Below are positions 1-6,956 of a stretch of DNA of 17,007 nt, one piece after another. The translations under genes were made by a program, and so were the position numbers. The first letter of the stretch is position 1, and the number at the start of each line of letters is the position of its first letter. The DNA lies in assembly GCF_006345805.1 (NCBI RefSeq), contig NW_021824986.1:1-17007 (forward strand), in the 5' to 3' direction. The notes beneath the pieces were generated by a model. That model saw only the letters and a list, made by a program, of their open reading frames with translations, did no database searches and had not been told where the DNA came from. Source of the DNA: Octopus sinensis (taxonomy: Eukaryota).

Positions 1-54
1 TTATTATAAAAATAACATGAACATTATGAAAATAACAGAAAATTTAATAGTAAT

Positions 55-283
55 TTAGTGAGATTTCTGATCTTGTTTGCTCAAAATAATTTTACTTATA
101 TCAGGCTCTATGTTCGACAAAGCTACTCGCATATCATCTTGTACCCGTAGTCTATTTCTATATTTTGTTTTTAGAAAAGTCAGACACGACATCGCCATTT
201 CACAGTGATAAGTAGTGGGGAATGCAAGTATTGATTCCAATGCAGTTTTACTCAAAATGGGGAATTCTTTCGCCATCTGACAC
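55..283 (-). pseudogene. hAT (Buster-type) transposase, last exon (C-terminal dimerisation domain)
   Basis: (W)CQMAKEFPILSKTALESILAFPTTYHCEMAMS...KTKYRNRL...KQDQKSH* matches the FPTTYLCE..FS / KNKYRNRL / ..SH* ending of Buster-family transposases. It is preceded by a ttgttag acceptor ending at 284. Confidence 0.88.
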
Positions 284-459
284 CTAACAATAAAAAATAA
301 TTGTGACCGGTTTTATTTTGGACCAGGTTTTATTTTGGACCGACATGCTCAGATTATAATAAAATTATATTTGTTTTAAATTTCTCCACTAAAAAAAAGA
401 TAAAAATATAAAATTAATAAAAAACCTTAATATTTATTTAATTAATTAACGCGTGCATA

Positions 460-848
460 ATGGTTCTAGTGGATTTAACCAGAGAAGAATTGAAAATAAT
501 CAGTGATATTAAGAATAGTATATTAATTGATTCCAATATGGACAAAAGAGAAAAGTATCGCCTTAAAAAATCGCAAATTTTTTTAATTTTGTTGACGAAA
601 AGGCATATTTTGTAAAGAATAACAAAAATCTTCGTTTTTTTGTTCGGAAGAGAGAGAACTTAAGCTAAAAACTATCAAAGTAAGCTAATATATTGAATTT
701 AAAGCTATTACATAATGAAAATCATTTTGGGCGTGATCTGATGTTAAGCCTATTAAGAAATAAAATTTACTGCGTCAAACGTTCTGAAATCTTCGATGTA
801 ATTAAATCATGTGTTGAGTGCCTTTTTGTTACTAATAAGAGAACATAA
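460..848 (+). pseudogene. Truncated Ginger-like integrase: N-terminal region plus HHCC zinc-binding motif, no catalytic core
   Basis: MVLVDLTREEL...DKREKYRLKK...LRFFCSEERELKLKTIK | 25-nt GT-AG intron 680-704 | LLHNENHFGRDLM...KSCVEC...KRT*. It needs two single-base corrections in homopolymer runs (~570, ~640) and is clearly homologous to the ORF at 15954-16241. Confidence 0.8.
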
Positions 849-891
849 CTTTAACTTAAATTAGGATTTTAGTGTTAGGGTTAAAATTTTG

Positions 892-1458
892 TTTAGGGTT
901 AAGGTTAAAATGTTTAGCGTTAAGGAGAAAATGTTTAGGGTTAGGGTTAAAAATTTGTTTAGGGTTAAGGTTAAAATTTTTAGGGTTAGGGTTAAAATGT
1001 TTAGGGTTAAGGAGAAAATGTTTAGCGTTAAGGAGAAAATGTTTAGGGTTAAGGAGAAAATGTTTAGCGTTAAGGAGAAAATGTTTAGGGTTAGGGTTAA
1101 AATGTTTAGGGTTAAGGAGAAAATGTTTAGGGTTAGGGTTAAAAATTTGTTTAGGGTTAAGGTTAAAATTTTTAGGGTTAGGGTTAAAATGTTTAGGGTT
1201 AGGGTTAAAAAATTGTTTAGGGTTAAGGTTAAAATGTTTAGGGTTAGGGTTAAAATGTTTAGGGTTAGGGTTAAAAAATTGTTTAGGGTTAAGGTTAAAA
1301 TGTTTAAGGTTAGGGTTAAAAATTTGTTTAGGGTTAAGGTTAAAATTTTTAGGGTTAGGGTTAAAATGTTTAGGGTTAGGGTTAAAAAATTGTTTAGGGT
1401 TAAGGTTAAAATGTTTAGGGTTAAGGAGAAAATGTTTAGGGTTAGGGTTGAAATTTTG
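892..1458 (+). repeat. Telomere-derived minisatellite: 26 units of 21 or 24 nt, consensus TTTAGGGTTAGGGTTAAAATG
   Basis: Manual parsing gives 19 x 21-nt and 7 x 24-nt units (567 bp). Degenerate TTAGGG-like flanks extend roughly 860-1620. Confidence 0.95.
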
Positions 1459-1927
1459 TTAGTTGAGATTAAGATTTTTATAATTAAAATTAAATTAAGT
1501 TTTTTATCGTTTGGACAACTATTAAAAATAGGGGTTTTAAATTAAATTGAAAATTAGGGTGTTTTAGAATTAGGATTTTGGGTGTTAGGGCTATTATAGA
1601 ATGTATATGTGTTAGGGTTATATTTTTAAAATTTTTAATTAATAGAATTATATTTAGTTTTTAATTTTTTTAGAATGGAAGACCAATTTTTAAATAATAT
1701 CGTAACGGCAACGCTGTAATTATCAAATTTGTTGATTGGTTGGGTTGTGCATACTTCCATTTTTTAAAAAACTAAATGAAATCAAGAAAAAACTATACAA
1801 AAGTATAATTAACATTAACTAATATATTTTTAGTGGAATAAAATTTTTATTATTGATTTTTTTTCTCGGTCCAAAATAAAACCTGGTCCAAAAAAAAACC
1901 TGTGACAATAATTATTAATGAGAATAC

Positions 1928-2070
1928 CAAAAATCTAATAATGAAGTACATTTGAAAATAATCTGAGCAGACTGATTACATTGAAGTTCAATCAAGCTCT
2001 GCTGAAAATTGAGTTCCTGATATTTTTTAAATGAGGTCACGAAAGGTTGAACGATCCAGTTTGGAATTGT
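1928..2070 (-). pseudogene. hAT (Buster-type) transposase, penultimate exon fragment
   Basis: TIPNWIVQPF...QSLIELQCNQSAQIIFKCTSLLDFW matches the WI.NPF...LIEL..D...F....L..FW segment. It ends at a GT donor (1927) in phase with 55-283. Confidence 0.82.
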
Positions 2071-2260
2071 TATTTTTCGAAAATTCCTGGGGACCACTAA
2101 AAATTTTCTGGGGACCACGATTGAGAACCGCTTGATTAATTTCAATGTTTTTGATTTATACTTAATTGTACAATTAGTTTTAACTTTAATATATTTTTAT
2201 TTTTCGAAAATTCCTAGGGACCACTAAAAATTTTCTGGGGACCACGGTTGAGAACCGCTG
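2071..2260. repeat. Tandemly duplicated 63-64 bp hAT terminal sequence
   Basis: 2071-2134 and 2198-2260 are near-identical (tatttttcgaaaattcct...ggggaccac..ttgagaaccgct). Confidence 0.85.
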
Positions 2261-2564
2261 ACTTAGATTCTAATAAGAAAACAGAGACAAGACATATAGA
2301 GAAATTAACACGCAAAAATGTTCAAAAAATACTAGATCCTCCACCTTGCTTCATTCAAGACCCTGCATTACTTGATTCCGTCAACAAGCTGATTTATCTG
2401 AACAATGAAGCAATAGCTAAATCAAAGCTAAATACGAGGCAATCTTTATTGACAGATTTCTATTAATTTTACTGTTTCACTTTTTCGTTATAAGTAAGTT
2501 TAATGACTTTTTCAATATAACGGTCTCCCCTCTGTCTGTTCCCTGGCTTAAAGGGGTTTGACTG
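2261..2564 (+). mobile_element. 3' remnant of a pogo/Tigger-like transposon
   Basis: The reading frame ends in QSLLTDFY* (2440-2466), a PIP-box consensus typical of pogo/Tigger transposase C-termini. It is followed by a terminus reading CAGTCAAACCCC on the minus strand from 2564. The flank is TT rather than TA. Confidence 0.55.
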
Positions 2565-2789
2565 TTTATGTATTTAAAAATATAGACTCTTGTTTTTTAC
2601 TGTCTACCCACAGTTATTCCCTCACAATTAAATGTTTTTGAATAAAGCTGCATTCAAAAAGAAAATAGCAATCAATATTTTAATACATCTCAAAATAATA
2701 AACATTTTTACATTTTTCACTTGTCAAATCAATCAATAATTTATCAATCAATACAACTAACATAATAAAACCTAAAAAAAATTTTCGGT

Positions 2790-3556
2790 TAGGACACCTT
2801 AGATGTGGCGAGCCATCCGCGCTACCCATTCTATTGTGTTACACACTTGTCAAAATTGGCCTAGATTTAAAACCTGTTGTTTAAATTACTTTTCATTCTT
2901 ATTTTTAAATTCTTTACTGTTTTCAAAAAATATAAAATAAAACTTAGGTCCAAAATTATAAAATAAAGCTTTTCAAATAGAAGAAATTAGATATGCTTTC
3001 TTCGAATTAGTAGCTCAGGCAAAGCAAAATTTGAAATAAATATCGATTACGTCAAAAATATACTTGATACCACGATTCAGACAAGGGACTCAAATCTATC
3101 ATATTTATCTGGTAACCTTCTCTTGGAGCTTTTGCTTTAATCTGTATCAAAGAAATATGAGCTTTTAATGGCTGACATTGAGCACAGTCTCTAGATTCAG
3201 CACATACTTTTTGGATAATTGATTTCTTTATACTAAAAAAATAATTATATCAGACTATTCTTTCATTTTGTTTACTTCATAATGCGTTTTCAAAAGTGAA
3301 TTTTAACACATAGATTTCATAGTTTCCAATTTATTTTTAGCAATTACAATTTTTTGTTCCATAATTGGTTTTAACTCAGAACCTTTTAGTAAAAAACATT
3401 TTTTGTTATTTAGAAATCTTGTCTTTTTCATTTCAGTTAAACTTCCATCAATCGTGTCGCTTTCAAATAAGAAACTATGTTTTTGTACTATATAATAATT
3501 AATACTAAAATTTTAAGCAGCATCTTTGACAAAACAAAAACATCTGAATATCATAA
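2790..3556 (-). pseudogene. Decayed Ginger/TDD-like integrase related to element B (14355-15948)
   Basis: With frameshifts it reads YKNIVSYLK..TIDGSLTEMKKTRFL...CAQCQPLKAHISLIQIKAKAPREGYQINMIDLS...KYIFDVIDIY...LFYNFGP...ENSKEFKN, colinear with element B (QPLKTK...AKEPRER YQVDLVDL...VIDIY...GPP...DNGTEF). No TIRs were found. Confidence 0.7.
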
Positions 3557-3659
3557 TCTAAATATGGGTTAAAATACACTGCGAATTCGAATTGGAAAAA
3601 ATAGAGTAGGTGGAAACCCTCTTTTTGGGAAAAACCTTGCTTTTGGGAAAATATTTTTA

Positions 3660-3860
3660 ACAAAAATATCAGGAAACAGTCACTGCAGCTTCGCCCCGAA
3701 CTGAAACCACATTGCTGCGTGAGCAGAACGTTCTTCTCTTCGGTCAGGAAATCGAGGCGCTTTGCCATGATTTTTTCCATTAACCTTGAGATGGTTGGGA
3801 TAAGGCTTATTGGAGGGTAGCTACTAGCTCGATTCGTCGGCTTTCCAGGTTTCTTGATCA
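3660..3860 (-). mobile_element. Non-LTR retrotransposon reverse transcriptase fragment (Jockey/I-like, RT domains 0-1)
   Basis: IKKPGKPTNRASSYPPISLIPTISRLMEKIMAKRL...QQCGFSSGRSCSD matches the PKPGK..P.SYRPISL...K..E...Q.GFR..RS motif. Confidence 0.82.
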
Positions 3861-3861
3861 A

Positions 3862-4009
3862 GAAATATTTTCCCAGAGGTGAGGCACTATATTTCCTACT
3901 GTATGATAATCATTTTTTACTATAGAGCACTATGTAACCATTGTATGGGAAGCAGAAAAACTGTTTGTCATTTGTCAACCTAGGGCAGTAAAATTCTCAA
4001 TGTCAGAAG
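3862..4009 (+). mobile_element. R4/Dong-like non-LTR fragment (zinc-knuckle region)
   Basis: About 125 bp is nearly identical to 6210-6341. It translates with frameshifts as EALYFLL.D...ALCNHCM...KTVCH.ST. Confidence 0.65.
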
Positions 4010-4690
4010 ACAGTCAAATGATTTGCAAACATGTAGAGTTAGTCAAATATATTTAAACATAGGCCTTGTCAATTTGTGACAATAAAGTGTGAATTTGTTC
4101 TATTTATTCCAGTTATATACCTGTAGAGCTTCTTTATTTCAATTTTTTGTTAAACTAGAAAGTGGCCCCATTTAAATTAAAATAGGTTAGTTAGACATGT
4201 TTTTCATACAAGAACTGAATGTTGTCTGAAGCATTCTATGACAATGACCAATCTTAAACTCACCGGGGTCTTTTTCTAACAAATTAACAAAACCAATCTT
4301 AAACTCCCTGATACAAGTTTGGAACGAGTTTTAACGTATTTCATTGAATTAAGCCTTCAATTTTAGGTTGGAATACTGTACAGTTGTCACGAAATACAAA
4401 AATCAAAAAATTTTCATAATAATTGATTTATCTAAAACGAATTCCGTTTCAAAGCGCTAAAGTTGAATGCAACTCTACTAATATTTCCAATACTAATTGG
4501 ACTACAAAAAGACTAACTAAATCACCATGAAATAATCCCAAACTCTTAGCAAAGAATTAACTGTTCAGAAAAGTCTTGGTTTTTCGAGATTTTTTGGACT
4601 GAGTATTAGACAGGAATAAATTTTACATTGATTCATTTGAATAATTTCATAAAATGATAATTAGTATTATCTGAAAAATGATAATTAGTA

Positions 4691-5542
4691 TTATTCATAA
4701 CGTCTAAATCCAAAATGTAGGTGATCGTCTTTGTATGCATCATAAAAATCGTATTTCATTTGGGTCGACAAGTTCTTAAAATATTTAAAAACTAGATCAG
4801 TTGCGTTTGTTTGATGGGAAATTTCCTGGAGCCATGATCTCCCATTTTCTGAAATTCCATAAACCTTGATCAAATCATTGATAAATTCATCAAGTTTGTC
4901 AAGCAATATGATTTTGTAGTCGATATATTGTGGGGAACATAAATCAGTCATTGAGGTCCAGTGTTCGTTCAATTTGGCTTTTTTTCGAGATTGAATTATT
5001 AAATAACCGACAAATTGTTCGAACGTTACAAATTTTTCAGGATTACCAGTTATGGCTTTTCGAACATCCTGAACAAAGTAAGGTGACTTCAAAGTAATCT
5101 TTTTGAATCGGATGAATTTGTCTAAGTATGCGGAAACTATACGTTCGACTGGATGTCTCACTATTAAAATTTTTTGAACGCCTTCCATCTCGTTTATTGA
5201 ATGTATTTTAGGTTTTATTTGATAATTCGCATTTATAAATGGGAGATCGTGAATTTCACTTTTTCTGAATTTATAACAATTTGTGATGTTGTTCTCAGCA
5301 CAGTAAGTTATTACGAACCATTTATACATTGTTGTTGACCCAACTTTAGGGATTTTACAATAGAATAATTTTTGTTTATCGATAAAGTAAAAATGAGTGT
5401 TTTCTTTGAAAGATTCATTATTTGTGGGATTTCTAAATGTTTTTACATTCACGTCGCATTCGAATTTTGAAAACAAAATGAAGAAAAACAACAACAGGAG
5501 TAAAATACATGTTTTGTATAAACAATGCTTTCGTGTCAGCAT
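4691..5542 (-). CDS. Golgi-type carbohydrate sulfotransferase (Sulfotransfer_2 / HNK-1ST, CHST8-14 family), 283 aa, intronless
   Basis: Intact ORF with an N-terminal type II membrane anchor (CILLLLLFFFILF), 5'-PAPS motif YCKIPKVGSTT, 3'-PAPS motif IVRHPVERIVSAY, the HW..M..LC segment and C-terminal Y..D...FGF. Confidence 0.92.
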   Translation of the reverse strand: MLTRKHCLYKTCILLLLLFFFILFSKFECDVNVKTFRNPTNNESFKENTHFYFIDKQKLFYCKIPKVGSTTMYKWFVITYCAENNITNCYKFRKSEIHDLPFINANYQIKPKIHSINEMEGVQKILIVRHPVERIVSAYLDKFIRFKKITLKSPYFVQDVRKAITGNPEKFVTFEQFVGYLIIQSRKKAKLNEHWTSMTDLCSPQYIDYKIILLDKLDEFINDLIKVYGISENGRSWLQEISHQTNATDLVFKYFKNLSTQMKYDFYDAYKDDHLHFGFRRYE

Positions 5543-6094
5543 TTAATTAGAATGAATTTTATTTAATAGTTTATTAGCAGCTTCATTAAACTTTAAAGTA
5601 TTATATAGTTTAAAAATAATCTTTTTTATTATTTAACAGTTCAAAACTCGATTTTTATTAAAAACAAAAATATGGAATTTTGTGAGGACTGGGGACCACA
5701 AATACGCCTTATTTTCGGCGGCTTAGGTTTAGAAGATATGAAATTTTATTGTGAAATGCATTTATTGTTTTTTTGAGGGTCCCCATGTTCCAGAATTATG
5801 AAGAAATATTGGCTTCACAAAAGTATCATATAAGAAGTAGGACGAGAGGATGTGTAGTTGGAAGTTCAAATTCTCACATTGGGAGGTTGTGGGAGAGGGG
5901 TGTGGAGATGATCGACTGGGAGATAAGCTTGTTAAGGAAGTTCGGCTGAGGAAGGGATTAGTTATTCAGGAACAGATTTTTGGGGATCCTAGTAAGCATA
6001 GGACGTTGGCTTGGAAAAATTAATTCAATATTTTTATTCTTCACTATAATAATGTTGTCAATCTATTTGAAATTCATGTTTTTTAAAAAGCATG

Positions 6095-6570
6095 TTGAAG
6101 AAATCACGAATTTCAATTTCTGATTCAGCCAAATGTCTAAACGATCAGAATGTTGATGTAAAAACTTCAAAGGGGTGGATTTGGAAAAGGAATGTTTCCT
6201 CAGAAGTAAGCACTATATTGCCTACTGTAAGATAAGTATTTTTACTTTTAACCAATAGAGCACTATGTAACCATTGTATGTGAAGCAGAAAAACTGTTTG
6301 TCATTTTTCAACCCAGGGCAGTAAAATCCTCAAGTCAGAAGGCATAACGAAGTCTTGAGATGTATTTATTTGCACCTATGTAGGAATTATGGAATCAGCA
6401 AAGTAACAAAATTGAAAGGGTACTCAGTCTATCAATCCTATCAACACAAAATGTTGAATTACGAGAATTCAGTGTAACAAGCCTGATATATTTGTGTATG
6501 ACAAAATAAGAAACGAAATTATCATCATAAAAGTGGGAGTCACTTCCCAGGACCACCTGAAGCAGCAGCA
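6095..6570 (+). mobile_element. R4/Dong-like non-LTR retrotransposon fragment: CCHC knuckle plus restriction-like endonuclease, decayed
   Basis: ...ALYCLL*DK...LCNHCM..KTVCH.ST...RRHNEVLRCIYLHLCRNYGISK...NKPDIFVYDKIRNEIIIIKVGVTSQD matches the CxxC..H / RHN / PD..(D/E)xG motifs of REL-clade elements. Confidence 0.8.
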
Positions 6571-6956
6571 ATAACTTCATCTCTGCCAGATCTATAGACT
6601 AGATTTCTTTAAAGAGAAAAAAGTCTATAAGACCAACCTGTCTATTTTAGAGATGAACATTTTTAATAAATATCCTCTTCTTTTCATCTTCTCCACGACA
6701 AACACATGCAATAAAATTCCACCTTTTGTATATATTTGATCCGGCAATAAGTCTACTAGTCTAAATAATGATGTAGTTTTTATAAAATTTTATTTCTCCT
6801 TCTGCAAAATAAATGGTACAGTTTAATGTCTCAGATAGATCATAATTTCTTGCTTATGTAAACTTATGTCGTGACAATTACTACAACGACTAATATTCGA
6901 AAATTTTATTAATTAGAAGGGAATGAATTAGAATCAGAACAAACTTATCGCCAAAT

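Larger units (their letters stand above)
302..1907 (+). mobile_element. Non-autonomous Ginger/TDD-like TIR transposon (element A1) carrying a telomere-like array
   Basis: 42-bp TIRs at 302-343 and 1866-1907 (39/42 match), TGT...ACA ends, 5-bp TSD ATAAT at 297-301 and 1908-1912, and internal integrase N-terminal sequence. Confidence 0.92.
1..2260 (-). mobile_element. Buster/Charlie-type hAT DNA transposon, internally deleted and interrupted by the element at 302-1907; its 3' end lies outside the window
   Basis: The minus strand starts CAGCGGTTCTCAACC at 2260 (hAT-type terminus). The 8-bp flank 2261-2268 ACTTAGAT fits the Buster nnnTAnnn target. Transposase C-terminal pieces lie at 1928-2070 and 55-283. 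Confidence 0.8.

Noticed and set aside
892-1458. CRISPR-like array
   Set aside because: Units are directly tandem with no unique spacers, and the context is eukaryotic.
872-1545. ORFs 872-1462 and 889-1545 as protein-coding genes
   Set aside because: They are translations of the 21/24-nt minisatellite inside a TIR element, with no non-repetitive domain.
850-1620. True chromosome end or telomere
   Set aside because: The array is internal, interrupted by AAAATG spacers, and enclosed by TIRs with a TSD. The same applies to 13763-13991.
3884-4009. Repeat pair with 6210-6341 as LTRs or a structured ncRNA
   Set aside because: It has no TG...CA ends, PBS or snRNA/snoRNA motifs. It translates as a LINE zinc-knuckle region contiguous with the REL domain at 6335-6570.
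4067-4081. TGTCA-n5-TGACA mini-palindrome as a Ginger excision relic
   Set aside because: The flanks (GGCCT / ATAAA) are not a TSD, and it is short enough to arise by chance.
4651-4694. 20-bp direct repeat overlapping the sulfotransferase stop codon (a 23-bp doublet also occurs at 12208-12253)
   Set aside because: These are simple local tandem duplications with no matching copy on the other side of the gene, so they are not TSDs.
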